From positions 635 through 64,634 of the forward strand of contig CAJJAI010000004.1 of NCBI GenBank assembly GCA_905182215.1: 64,000 bases of DNA. Direction: 5' to 3'. The translations under genes and the position numbers were made by a program. Source of the DNA: Flavobacteriales bacterium UBA6772. GTDB taxonomy: Bacteria > Bacteroidota > Bacteroidia > Flavobacteriales > UBA7430. Shown piece after piece: positions 30,364-40,261 of the stretch (the first letter of the stretch is position 1; each line of letters opens with the position of its first letter). The notes under the pieces were generated by a model. It was not told the origin of the DNA and searched no databases. It saw nothing but the letters and a program-made list of their open reading frames with translations.

Positions 30364-32151
30364 ATGATATCACTAGATAATTTAAGAAAGCGTTCTGGTC
30401 TCCTTATGGGAGGAATTGGAGTTGCTATGGGAGCATTTCTTTTAGGAGATTTAATGAGTTCTGGTAGTTCACTTTTAAATGGAGGACAAGGCGTAATAGG
30501 AGTAGTAAACGATGAGGTTATCGATTACCGCGATTTCGAAACAGAAGCACAAAATTTAGATCGTATATTTAATTCTCGTCAGGATCGCAATGTATTGAGA
30601 GATAATTTGTGGAACGACAAGGTGAACGATGTGATCATGAGCGAACAATACAGCGAATTAGGTTTAGCCATTAGTGCTGAAGAATTAGCTGGTTTGACTT
30701 TTGGTTATAAATCCGCTGAAATGTCTACTACTGCAAAACAATTTTTTGGAATTACCGGACAAGATGTTTCTGCAGCACAATTAGCTGGAGTTGTACAGCA
30801 AATTCACGATAACGATCCACAAAGATGGATGTATTTTGAAAATGTAATTCGCAAAGAACGTTTAGGTCAGAAGTATGTAAATTTAATCCGCCAAGGATTA
30901 AACGCGTCTAATATAGATGCAGATGTTTACTACAACGAACAAGCTACTCAAGCCAGTGGTCGTTACGTATTCAAAGCATTCGATACTAATATTGAAGTGA
31001 GCGATTCAGAGCTGTCTTCTTATTATGCTTCTCATCAAGAGGATTACCCACAAAGTGCAAGTCGCGAATTGAGTATCGCTATTTTTGATATTACGCCTAC
31101 ACAGGCTGATAAAAAGGCTACTAAAGCGCGTATTCTAGATTTAGTAGAAGATAAACTCGTTTATAATAAAACGGCAAAATCAAACGAAACAGTAAATGGT
31201 TTTAAAACCACCACAGACGCTGTTGCATTTGTAAATACTTATTCTGATGCTTCTTTTGATGCTTCTTTTTATGCTGAAGGGCAATTGTCTCCAGCTATAG
31301 AAACAGAAATGAGAACTGCTGAAGTAGGTTTTGTTTACGGACCTTACGAAGAAAATAATAGTTACAAAATTGCACGCTTAAATGCGCGTCGTAACGATTC
31401 GGTACAAGTAGCAATTATAGAAATTGCAATGGATGCTAGCGAAGAAACTGCAAATGAAATTTATGCGCAAGCAAGTGAAATGGCTGCTGCAATAGATGCT
31501 GCAAACTTCGAAGCTTTAGCTGATGAAAAGAACGTTGCTTTAATTGCAGCTACTGTGCAAGATGCGGATAGAACGATCTCTGGACTTGGAGAGGCTCGTA
31601 ATCTAGTGTTTTGGACGTACAATGAAAATACTGAGCTAAACATGGTGAAGCTAGACGACCAAAACAGTCGTATTGTAGTGATGATGTTAACGAGCGTTTC
31701 TGCTAAAGGAACTCAAGCCTTAGAAGAGGTAAGTGTACAAGTAGAGATTGCAGTGAAAAAAGAGAAAAGTGGTGAAGCTTTAATAGCTGAATTTAACAGT
31801 CAACTTTCTTCTGCTAAAACAATTGATGATATAGCTACTGCAATGAGCTTAACAACGGAGCAGGTAAATACAATGGCTTTTTCTTCTAACGCTATTCCTG
31901 GTGGATTCGAACCAAATGTAGTGGGTGCTTTTTACGGAATGGAAAAAGGACAATTGTCTAGTCCAGTTTTAGGTAATAACGGTGTGTATGTAGTATATGC
32001 AGATGACTTCATCGCTTCTACAGCGCCAAAAGACTTAACAGCTTTAAAGAAGCAGCTAGAAGGTCAATTACAGCCAAGAGCTAACTTTGAAGCTACTAAC
32101 GCTTTAAAAGCGCTTGCAGACATTGAAGATAACAGAGCTAAATTTTATTAG
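30364..32151 (+). CDS. PpiD-like periplasmic chaperone (SurA_N domain; parvulin signature not evident)
   Basis: 595 aa. N-terminal LRKRSGLLMGGIGVAMGAFLLGDL membrane anchor typical of PpiD. I could not find a GGxLGxF-type rotamase motif. Confidence 0.65.
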   Translation: MISLDNLRKRSGLLMGGIGVAMGAFLLGDLMSSGSSLLNGGQGVIGVVNDEVIDYRDFETEAQNLDRIFNSRQDRNVLRDNLWNDKVNDVIMSEQYSELGLAISAEELAGLTFGYKSAEMSTTAKQFFGITGQDVSAAQLAGVVQQIHDNDPQRWMYFENVIRKERLGQKYVNLIRQGLNASNIDADVYYNEQATQASGRYVFKAFDTNIEVSDSELSSYYASHQEDYPQSASRELSIAIFDITPTQADKKATKARILDLVEDKLVYNKTAKSNETVNGFKTTTDAVAFVNTYSDASFDASFYAEGQLSPAIETEMRTAEVGFVYGPYEENNSYKIARLNARRNDSVQVAIIEIAMDASEETANEIYAQASEMAAAIDAANFEALADEKNVALIAATVQDADRTISGLGEARNLVFWTYNENTELNMVKLDDQNSRIVVMMLTSVSAKGTQALEEVSVQVEIAVKKEKSGEALIAEFNSQLSSAKTIDDIATAMSLTTEQVNTMAFSSNAIPGGFEPNVVGAFYGMEKGQLSSPVLGNNGVYVVYADDFIASTAPKDLTALKKQLEGQLQPRANFEATNALKALADIEDNRAKFY

Positions 32152-32170
32152 ACTTTAGTTTTATAATACA

Positions 32171-32203
32171 AAAAGGCTGCTTCGAAAGAAGCAGCCTTTT
32201 TTT
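32171..32203. terminator. bidirectional intrinsic terminator between the ppiD-like gene and ctp
   Basis: Perfect 13-bp stem AAAAGGCTGCTTC / GAAGCAGCCTTTT with a GAAA loop, flanked by A- and T-runs. Confidence 0.85.
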
Positions 32204-32268
32204 GTTTAATAGAAGTCAGAAGGAAGTAGGAGTTTTTGTATTAACTACAATTTTACATCCATTTACCA

Positions 32269-32288
32269 CCTGATTGCCGGTAGGCAGG
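32269..32288. repeat. 20-nt imperfect palindrome CCTGATTGCCGGTAGGCAGG (copy 2 of a short palindromic element)
   Basis: Its reverse complement CCTGCCTACCGGCAATCAGG matches CCTGCCTGTCGGCAGACAGG at 54186-54205 in 16 of 20 positions. Both are imperfect palindromes: this copy is centred on CCGG and the 54186 copy on CG. Confidence 0.5.
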
Positions 32289-32325
32289 TTTACGATTCAT
32301 GTCTTCCGATTTACTAATCTTCAAA

Positions 32326-33927
32326 TTAATTTCCCCTCAGTATTTCCATTCCTTTTTGAACCGAAGGGTCTGTATGATTAAGAACCGTAAAGAAGCCAAG
32401 GTCATTCCATTTTTGCCTAGCGATACTCGTTTTAAGTCTTTTCACAATCCAAGTCTTAGAGCGGCTTATCTCAGCCTTATTTAAGGGGATGTCATTTTCC
32501 TCCGTTAGCTGGATGAATGATTTAAATAGATCTTCTGAAATGGTAAAGTTGTTGGCAAAATGCTCTGGTGTAGAGAATGAATTTAAAAACTCTGTATGCC
32601 TGTCTACATAATCGAAAACAAAACCACTAATAATATTGGCGGCTAAGACCTTAAAGAGCCAATCAGATCGTCCTGTAGTATCTAATGGCACAAAGTGGTC
32701 TGGAGCTATTCCACCACCACCATAAACAACCCTACCCTTGTCGGTGAAATACTTTAAAGAGTCGGCTATTTTAATGCTGTCTTGAGAGTAGAGTTCCCCA
32801 TTTTCATATCTTTTTAGAGACTCTAAATGGTAGGCCTCTACATCTTTTGAATAGGCTTTTTGAATCGATCTTCCCGATGGAGTATAATAACGCGCTGTGG
32901 TAAGCCTGAACGCCGAACCATCGCTCATTTGGGTTTGCTCTTGTACCAATCCTTTTCCAAAAGTTCTTCTTCCTATTATGGCTGCTCTATCGTGGTCTTG
33001 TAAAGCACCTGCCACAATCTCGCTTGCCGAGGCCGAGCCTTCATCTACTAATACGACTAAGTCTTTTTGTAGAAAACCACCATATCGATTGGCTTTATAT
33101 ACTTTTTTAGATCTAGAATTCCCTTGTGTATAAACGATTTCACCATTAGACAAAAACTCGTTTACCATAGCTGTTGCAGCATGTAAATAACCACCAGGAT
33201 TAGAGCGTAAGTCTAGCACTAATTTTTTCATGCCCTCAGCTTTTAAATTATCTAAGGCATTGGTAAACTCAGTATCAGTAGTTCCAGAAAATCGATTCAC
33301 TTTTATATAGCCAATTTCAGCATCTAACATATAAGAAACATCTACACTAGTAATAGGTATTTTGTCGCGTATAATATTAAACTCAATGAGTTTCGAATGT
33401 TCAGGTCTTTTAATAAATAGCTTTACTTCGGTTCCCTTGTCTCCACGTAGATTTTTAACAACATCGGAATTTGTAAAACCTATGCCAGCAACATTAAGTG
33501 TGTCTACTTTTACAATGCGATCACCCGAACGAATTCCTGCACGCTCCGAAGGGCCTCCAGAAATAGGGCTTACCACTACAATGGTATCGTGTTGAATTTG
33601 AAACTCTACGCCTATGCCTTCAAAATTACCTTGCATGCCTTCGGTAATACCCTGTAAGTCATCTACGTGAATGTAGGTAGAGTGTGGGTCTAAACTTTCT
33701 AGAGTTTTGGTAATAATATCTTCTTGTAGACTGTCTAAATCTAGTTTGTCTACATAGTTATATTCTAAAAAACTCAACAACTCAACAAGTTTAGGAAACT
33801 CAGAAGAGGAGGAGCTCAATTGAATATATTCTGATGAATTGGATAGGAATTTGCCCAGATACATCCCTAGTGTAAAAATGAAAAGAATTAAAAAGGGTTT
33901 TTTAAGAATCGATTTATTAGTGCTCAT
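32326..33927 (-). CDS. ctp: S41-family C-terminal processing peptidase
   Basis: 533 aa. PDZ-like segment (GIGVEF..SPISGGPSERAGIRSGDRI), then the catalytic region VVLVDEGSASASEIVAGALQD...GKG. Confidence 0.85.
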   Translation of the reverse strand: MSTNKSILKKPFLILFIFTLGMYLGKFLSNSSEYIQLSSSSSEFPKLVELLSFLEYNYVDKLDLDSLQEDIITKTLESLDPHSTYIHVDDLQGITEGMQGNFEGIGVEFQIQHDTIVVVSPISGGPSERAGIRSGDRIVKVDTLNVAGIGFTNSDVVKNLRGDKGTEVKLFIKRPEHSKLIEFNIIRDKIPITSVDVSYMLDAEIGYIKVNRFSGTTDTEFTNALDNLKAEGMKKLVLDLRSNPGGYLHAATAMVNEFLSNGEIVYTQGNSRSKKVYKANRYGGFLQKDLVVLVDEGSASASEIVAGALQDHDRAAIIGRRTFGKGLVQEQTQMSDGSAFRLTTARYYTPSGRSIQKAYSKDVEAYHLESLKRYENGELYSQDSIKIADSLKYFTDKGRVVYGGGGIAPDHFVPLDTTGRSDWLFKVLAANIISGFVFDYVDRHTEFLNSFSTPEHFANNFTISEDLFKSFIQLTEENDIPLNKAEISRSKTWIVKRLKTSIARQKWNDLGFFTVLNHTDPSVQKGMEILRGN

Positions 33928-33928
33928 T

Positions 33929-34375
33929 TTATAAATTCTCCAATGGGATGTGTACGATTTCTATACCTGCTTTTTCTAAAAAATCAATTCCTGAAGTATC
34001 TTTGTATTTATGGATAAATACAACACGTGTAATCCCCGACTGGTGTACAAGTTTACTACAATCTTTACAAGGCGATAAGGTTTGGTAGAGAGTCGCACCT
34101 TCGGTACTCTGAGTAGAACGTGCAACTTTAGAAATAGCGTTTGCCTCGGCATGAAGCACGTACCATTTTGTGTCTCCTGTATTTGTTTCGCATACATTTT
34201 CGAAACCAGAAGGTGTGCCATTATAGCCATCCGAAATAATCATTCGGTCTTTTACAATTAATGCTCCTACTTGTTTGCGTTCGCAATACGATAGGTTTGC
34301 CCACTCTAAAGACATCTTTAAATAAGCGATGTCGTATTTAAGTTGCTTGGTTTTGTTGTGACTAGTTTGAGGCAT
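33929..34375 (-). CDS. deoxycytidylate (dCMP) deaminase
   Basis: 148 aa. HAEANAI and PCKDCSKL zinc-binding motifs of the ComEB/dCMP deaminase family. Confidence 0.85.
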   Translation of the reverse strand: MPQTSHNKTKQLKYDIAYLKMSLEWANLSYCERKQVGALIVKDRMIISDGYNGTPSGFENVCETNTGDTKWYVLHAEANAISKVARSTQSTEGATLYQTLSPCKDCSKLVHQSGITRVVFIHKYKDTSGIDFLEKAGIEIVHIPLENL

Positions 34376-34419
34376 GAAATGTTTTCTATTAATTGCTAAT
34401 GTACTAATAAGAAGTACAA

Positions 34420-35772
34420 CTAGTAAGCATTTTCTTCTCCACTTATTGCATTAGAAACGGTTTGTAATACAATTCTAATATCTAAAATTAAAGACCAATT
34501 TTCTAAATAGAAGACATCAAATTTCACTCTATTATTAATGTCAGACTTAACTTTTATTTCTCCTCTATACCCTTTTATTTGAGCTAAACCTGTAATTCCG
34601 GGTTTCACAAAATGGCGCACCATATACTTGTTTACGCTCTTCGAGAACTCTTGTGTATGTTGCAGCATGTGTGGGCGAGGGCCTACAACACTCATGTTTC
34701 CAAGTAACACATTTATAAATTGAGGCAGTTCATCTATGCTTGTTTTCCGCATAAAAGCTCCCATTTTGGTAATTCTAGCATCTTCTTTGGTGGCTTGTAT
34801 TTTATTTGCTTCTTCACTCGAGCGCATCGATCGGAACTTATAACAGCCAAAAGATATACCATTTAAGCCATCTCTTTTTTGTTTAAAAAATATAGGACCC
34901 TTAGACTCCCAACGAATTAGTAAAGCAATAATTGGTATTAACCAAGTAAGGAGGAATACAATTACTACAGCTGAAAACAGAAGATCAAATGATCGCTTCA
35001 TAAAGCGTCTAAAAACATCGTCTAAGGGTTGTTTTCTAATAGATATTACTGGTAAGTAGTCGTAGTAGTGAACGGCTTCCATTTTTCTAAAAACCCCTTT
35101 GTAATCTGGGACTAATTTTAGAGTGATCAGGTTATTATCTGCGAAAATTTCAAATTCTTTAATCTGTTCTTTAGAAATGGAGTTCATAGATAGGTAAATC
35201 TCATCTATATTATTCTCCAAAGCAAAATTGAAGCTTTCAGTTATTTGTCCTAAAAAAGTACCTTCATTTTTAGCCGTATCAGAGAAGTATCCTTTTAATC
35301 GATAGCCTAATTCTAAACGGGAGTTGAAGTATTTTCGAAGCACAGAAACACTTTCATCTTCTCCAATAATAATTACATTTCTGTAGTTACCCCCCGCAAT
35401 ACGATATCCTTTTAGTAGAACTACAATACTTAGTTTAAAAACGACAATTAAAGAGTAAATTAAGAGTAATGTTACCAGTTGATCGTTTACAGCATCCCCT
35501 TCTTTAAAAATCCCGAAGTAGGTAAAATAGGCAAGGAAAAAAGTTGAAAACTGAGCTATTATTAAGTAGACAGCCTTTGAGGGTCGAGCATTTCTATAGA
35601 TATTGTAAAATTGATTATTAAATGAAATCAACATCCAAGCCACATTAAAGAAAAGAATATATACCAAGTCGAGGTATAAATCAGAATTCATATAATACAT
35701 TACCCCGTTAATAATCGACAGGTCGATTAGGGTCATTATTGGTTTTAATAAATTGGAATATCCTCTATGCAC
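34420..35772 (-). CDS. polyprenyl-phosphate sugar-phosphate transferase (WbaP/WcaJ-type initiating enzyme)
   Basis: 450 aa. N-terminal multi-TM region and a C-terminal bacterial sugar transferase domain (DELPQFINVLLGNMSVVGPRP, KPGITGLAQ). Confidence 0.88.
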   Translation of the reverse strand: MHRGYSNLLKPIMTLIDLSIINGVMYYMNSDLYLDLVYILFFNVAWMLISFNNQFYNIYRNARPSKAVYLIIAQFSTFFLAYFTYFGIFKEGDAVNDQLVTLLLIYSLIVVFKLSIVVLLKGYRIAGGNYRNVIIIGEDESVSVLRKYFNSRLELGYRLKGYFSDTAKNEGTFLGQITESFNFALENNIDEIYLSMNSISKEQIKEFEIFADNNLITLKLVPDYKGVFRKMEAVHYYDYLPVISIRKQPLDDVFRRFMKRSFDLLFSAVVIVFLLTWLIPIIALLIRWESKGPIFFKQKRDGLNGISFGCYKFRSMRSSEEANKIQATKEDARITKMGAFMRKTSIDELPQFINVLLGNMSVVGPRPHMLQHTQEFSKSVNKYMVRHFVKPGITGLAQIKGYRGEIKVKSDINNRVKFDVFYLENWSLILDIRIVLQTVSNAISGEENAY

Positions 35773-35817
35773 AATTTTGTTTATTATTATTAGTACAAGC
35801 TACAATTTAGATACTGG

Positions 35818-36558
35818 CTATTTCTTTAACCACTCTTTAATTACTAACAATACAAACTTAGTATTTCCAAGTAAATAGCGTTTCCACATTCTTTGTGGCT
35901 CTTGTAGTAGTCTGTAAAGCCATTCTAAGCCTGTGTTTTGCATCCATTTTGGAGCTCTTTTAACGAGTCCAGAAACTACATCGAAGCTACCACCAACGCC
36001 CATAACAAAGTTTACTTTTGCTAATATTTGCTTATGGTTGTAAAGAAAGTTTTCTTTTGTAGGAGAGCTTATTGCAACAAATAGAATTTGTGCACCACTA
36101 TCTGCTATTTGTTGCGCAATGTCTTTTTCATCTTCCTTTGAAAAATACCCATTTCTGTATCCAGCAATAATATTGTTAGAGTATTGCTGACTATAATTTT
36201 GTACTACTTTTTTAAGAACATCTTGTTTAGCGCCTAAAAAGAAAATTTTATAGCCTTTATTATGCGCCATTTCAACTAGGTTCGACATTAAATCTATTCC
36301 AGCGACTCTTTCTTTTAGGGGGTTGCCCAGTACTTTGGAGGCCCATACTACAGCCTGACCATCTGCGTTAATTAAATCTGCTTCGTTTACAGACTGCATT
36401 AATTGCCTATCATCTTGCATGGCAACAATTTTCCCTGCATTTACAACTACATGGTGTAAATTTTGTTGAGATGCAATCCGCTTATCTATAATCTCTAGAG
36501 TTTCTTTCATAGAGAAATTATCGATAGTTGTATTGAGTATGTGTATTCTGTTTGACAT
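35818..36558 (-). CDS. WecG/TagA/CpsF-family glycosyltransferase (GT26)
   Basis: Start moved to 36558 (MSNRIHILNTTIDNFSMKETL). INADGQAVVWA and GVGGSFDV motifs typical of GT26 ManNAc(A) transferases. Confidence 0.82.
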   Translation of the reverse strand: MSNRIHILNTTIDNFSMKETLEIIDKRIASQQNLHHVVVNAGKIVAMQDDRQLMQSVNEADLINADGQAVVWASKVLGNPLKERVAGIDLMSNLVEMAHNKGYKIFFLGAKQDVLKKVVQNYSQQYSNNIIAGYRNGYFSKEDEKDIAQQIADSGAQILFVAISSPTKENFLYNHKQILAKVNFVMGVGGSFDVVSGLVKRAPKWMQNTGLEWLYRLLQEPQRMWKRYLLGNTKFVLLVIKEWLKK

Positions 36559-36651
36559 GCAGTGGTAGGGAAATAAAAATTTACACAAAAGTAATAAAAT
36601 GGCGATAGATTGTTTTACTATTTAACCTATTAATCATGTGCTGCTGGTTAA

Positions 36652-37920
36652 TCAGCGAGTGCGGGACTTTATACTATTAAAACTTGAATGTAGAAAAAGG
36701 GCCCCGTAAAAGCTTAAAAATGTAATTCCAGCATTTCTAACTAATAAATTCTCTACTAGGCAGATGGCGGCTATAGAAACAAAAAAGAACATGCTCAAAA
36801 AATCTTTTGATTTTAAGGTGAAATATAAATTGAGGATTAAATAAAAACAAAATAAAATAAGGGAGATTAGCCCTCCCTCAATAGCGAAACCTAAAAATTG
36901 ATTATGAGAATTATAGTTTTCTTTTGCGGCAGTATTCATTCCCATGCTAATATACTGATCCTTCAAAACCTCAGTTTCCATCGAAATTCCATGACCCATA
37001 AATGGATGTTTCTTAATTACTTGTATTGCTGCATCCCATCTAGCTAGTCTAGAATCCCCACTGCCTTTTCTGTTGTAATTAGTCCCAATTTGGTGCGTTA
37101 GCTCCCAAGTAGTTTCACTTTTTATATGCTGAAATAAGTAAGTGTTTTTAAAAAGATTAAAAAAGATTACGAGTACTACTACCATCAATGTAGCAGTACT
37201 AATTACTGTTAGTCTTCTATTTTTGAATTTCGATTGAAAATATCTACCAAAATAGATTATGATTAAAATAAGATATAGAGCTAGTATTATTCTTGAGTTT
37301 AAAAAAAACATAGAAAGGGATAGAATACCAACAAACAATGATTTCCAAACTTTAGAAACAAAAACACCTGTAAATAGCAAGATTACTAATGAAGTTAATA
37401 TGTATAGACCTAAATAGGATGGGTGAATATCAATTGGATATGTGTAGTTAGCGCTTGTATGAAAGTAATTAAATAAATCATTATCAATAGTAAAAATGGG
37501 TTTTAGGCTATAGTATTTTAATAACACCAACACTATAAGTAAAACAGAGGAAAGAACTGCTCCAATGGTTAAGCCTTTTAAGCTAAAATTCTTTATTCGT
37601 AAAACATCCTTATTAGTTAAAAACACAAAAGAAATTGGAGTTAACATAAAGCTTAACCTTCTCTCTAAAGCAATTAATACATCGGCACTATTTTCAACTA
37701 TAAAAATGCTCCATAGAAACGGAATCATTAATATTATTGTTGAATATAAGACTGTAGAAAAGTTCGATTTTTGAAAATTTAATTTTTTTGAAAAAACGAG
37801 TAACGCTACTACAATATAGAATAAAGCTAAAACATAATTATTTATTCCATTTGCAAACGGTAGTGCAAATGCAAATGTAAACGATATGTACGGCAGACCA
37901 TTATTTCTTAAGAACAACAT
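36652..37920 (-). CDS. O-antigen ligase / Wzy_C-family membrane protein
   Basis: 422 aa, >=10 TM helices. A periplasmic loop with RLARWDAAIQVIKKHPFMGHGI resembles the Wzy_C (PF04932) signature. Confidence 0.6.
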   Translation of the reverse strand: MLFLRNNGLPYISFTFAFALPFANGINNYVLALFYIVVALLVFSKKLNFQKSNFSTVLYSTIILMIPFLWSIFIVENSADVLIALERRLSFMLTPISFVFLTNKDVLRIKNFSLKGLTIGAVLSSVLLIVLVLLKYYSLKPIFTIDNDLFNYFHTSANYTYPIDIHPSYLGLYILTSLVILLFTGVFVSKVWKSLFVGILSLSMFFLNSRIILALYLILIIIYFGRYFQSKFKNRRLTVISTATLMVVVLVIFFNLFKNTYLFQHIKSETTWELTHQIGTNYNRKGSGDSRLARWDAAIQVIKKHPFMGHGISMETEVLKDQYISMGMNTAAKENYNSHNQFLGFAIEGGLISLILFCFYLILNLYFTLKSKDFLSMFFFVSIAAICLVENLLVRNAGITFLSFYGALFLHSSFNSIKSRTR

Positions 37921-39139
37921 TTTTCTTTATATACATTAAACTAAATAATAATCCTATAAAAACTGCAGACATACCAGAGCTAAAAACATGACCTGCAATG
38001 GTAGAAATGCCTAATAATATAATCAACATTAAAAACACAAATTTGGTGTAATTATACTTTTCAAATTTCGAAATTTTCCAGGATTGTACTCCTAAATATC
38101 CAAGTGAAAAAACAAATAATAAGAACCCAATATATCCGTAGGTAAAAAAGATATCTGCGATATCAATTTCTATAATTTTAGCATTGTTTAATATTTCATA
38201 CTTGGTTTGACCTACGCCAAGAAATTTCTCTAAAAGATTATACTTTTCCAAATATACTTTGTATGCATCTGCAAAAAAGAAATTCCGGTGAGAAAATATA
38301 AAGGTCAAAGCATCTAATTTCGCCCAATAATAAGTTAAACGATCGAATACGGATGATTGTTTTAAAGCCCACCAAGTTCCAGAGAATACAAACGGAATAG
38401 AGACTAATAGTGTAAGTCCTAATTTTTTCAATTTAGTCAAGTCAGTTTTTATTGTTGGGCGTTCGAGCGGTATTAGAATGAGTAGTAAAAGCATTCCTAA
38501 AATCGCGGTTTTAGAGCTAATACTTAAACCAACAAACAGGCTAAAAAGCATGAAAGCGTAAAACTTCCAGCGCTCTTTATTTAAAAAGATCGTATACGCC
38601 AATATTGATGTTAGGATAATTAACATGGCAGAGGTTTCGTTTCCGGCAAAAAAGAAACCTTTACTTCCAATATCTCCAGCTTTGTACATAGGATAGCCTA
38701 AACCAATATACTTGATTAATATATTGACAACTAAAACGATATAAGAAAACCAGACTAATTTAAAGAGCTGCTTGAGCTCAAGAGGATCTTGACGAGTTAT
38801 AAAATCTTTAAAAAAGAAGAAACAGAATAGTGGAGTTAAATACTTACTCACTTTAACAATATCACTAAACAAAAAGCTAGCATCTAATTGTGTAAACATC
38901 TGATAGAAGCTAGGTAGAAGCATCAACAAAAACATTAAACACGATGTAAGCAATAACTTAAAATTGAATATAAAGAATCGAAAAAACAAGACCCCAATAA
39001 TGAGTAGTTTAAATAATTGTCCAATTGTTATCGGAAGTATAATCTCATTTCCAAGCATTACACCATTAATCATGTCGATGGGCAGCAATGCGAACATCAA
39101 CAAGACTATTAAACTATCTAACTTTTGTAGCTTATCCAT
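37901..39139 (-). CDS. second polytopic membrane protein, O-antigen polymerase-like
   Basis: 412 aa, ~11 TM helices, very AT-rich. 20-nt overlap with the downstream Wzy_C-family gene. No diagnostic motif; the call is from context. Confidence 0.4.
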   Translation of the reverse strand: MDKLQKLDSLIVLLMFALLPIDMINGVMLGNEIILPITIGQLFKLLIIGVLFFRFFIFNFKLLLTSCLMFLLMLLPSFYQMFTQLDASFLFSDIVKVSKYLTPLFCFFFFKDFITRQDPLELKQLFKLVWFSYIVLVVNILIKYIGLGYPMYKAGDIGSKGFFFAGNETSAMLIILTSILAYTIFLNKERWKFYAFMLFSLFVGLSISSKTAILGMLLLLILIPLERPTIKTDLTKLKKLGLTLLVSIPFVFSGTWWALKQSSVFDRLTYYWAKLDALTFIFSHRNFFFADAYKVYLEKYNLLEKFLGVGQTKYEILNNAKIIEIDIADIFFTYGYIGFLLFVFSLGYLGVQSWKISKFEKYNYTKFVFLMLIILLGISTIAGHVFSSGMSAVFIGLLFSLMYIKKNVVLKK

Positions 39140-39142
39140 TGT

Positions 39143-40261
39143 TTAAAGATACTGTTTTAAGAGTTCCATTTCTTTTCTGATCGTGGTAGAGATGTCAATC
39201 ACTTCCATCGATTTTCTACCCTTAACAACAACTTCCTCAAAGCGGCTTTTATTGTTTGTGATAGCAACTATTTTAGCAGCTATTTTTTTAGCAGAATTTC
39301 CTAAGACTCCATTTACAGCATCGTGAATAAATTCTTGTTTAGAAGAATTATCTGTAGTAACCACCAGCAATCCAGAAGCTGCGGCCTCCATCATGGTTAC
39401 TCCCTGAGAATCCATTCGGGTTGTGGAAATAAATGCCCCGTAGTTTAAAAAAAGCGCCTTCATTTCTGATCTCTCTAGGAATCTAGATATAATTTGGACT
39501 CGATTTTCTAGTTTTTTAGAAGCGATCAATTTTTGATATTGTTCCTTATAAATCCCTTCCCCATAAATATCAAGCGTATATTTTTCGGGCAAATTCTCTA
39601 ATACCTCAATGGTCTTCTCTATATCGTATACCTTTTTTGAAAGCGAACGAATCGTTAAGATTTTAAATCGATTCTCTGTTAGATTATGGAATTCAAAAAA
39701 CGAAGTATCAATTCCATTTGGAATAATTTTATAATCGTCTATGGTTAATTTCAAATTGCGCTCCGTCTCTTCTTTCATCCATAAAGAAGGAAAAACAAAT
39801 GGGTAAGTTCTTTTTTGAATTCTGAAAAACTGCTTCATCTTTGGAATCACAAAACAGTCTTTTTTAATCCATATCAGAACATCTGAAATTCTATAATTGA
39901 ACTCGTACCATCGGGCTGTGTACTTCTGTACCTCACTCCCGTGAACATACATCAACGATGGTAAATTATGCTTCATTATATGTTTGTAAATTGGCCAGCC
40001 ATCATCTTTACTAAAAGGGTGTATATTTAATAAATGTAAATATATAACGGCTTGTTCATCCAATTGATTAACAATTTCTGCGCTAGTCATCAACTGTACT
40101 TTTACACCCTGATAGGTATAAGAATCATTCATTTTAGAAGCCACATAAACCCTCACATCAATGTTTAGTTGCAGCATCTCAAGGCACCTCATATGAACGA
40201 ACATATGATTATACGGCTTGTTTTCGCTAGGATACCTAGAAGTGATTACAACTATTTTCAC
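39143..40261 (-). CDS. GT4-family (GT-B) glycosyltransferase
   Basis: 372 aa. C-terminal EGVTMMEAAASGLLVVTT (E-x7-E region) typical of Glycos_transf_1. Confidence 0.75.
   Translation of the reverse strand: MKIVVITSRYPSENKPYNHMFVHMRCLEMLQLNIDVRVYVASKMNDSYTYQGVKVQLMTSAEIVNQLDEQAVIYLHLLNIHPFSKDDGWPIYKHIMKHNLPSLMYVHGSEVQKYTARWYEFNYRISDVLIWIKKDCFVIPKMKQFFRIQKRTYPFVFPSLWMKEETERNLKLTIDDYKIIPNGIDTSFFEFHNLTENRFKILTIRSLSKKVYDIEKTIEVLENLPEKYTLDIYGEGIYKEQYQKLIASKKLENRVQIISRFLERSEMKALFLNYGAFISTTRMDSQGVTMMEAAASGLLVVTTDNSSKQEFIHDAVNGVLGNSAKKIAAKIVAITNNKSRFEEVVVKGRKSMEVIDISTTIRKEMELLKQYL

Noticed and set aside
30364-32151. PpiD-like protein apparently lacking a parvulin active-site signature
   Set aside because: Inactive or degenerate parvulin domains are already known for PpiD-type chaperones, and my motif scan by eye is not sensitive enough to claim true domain loss.
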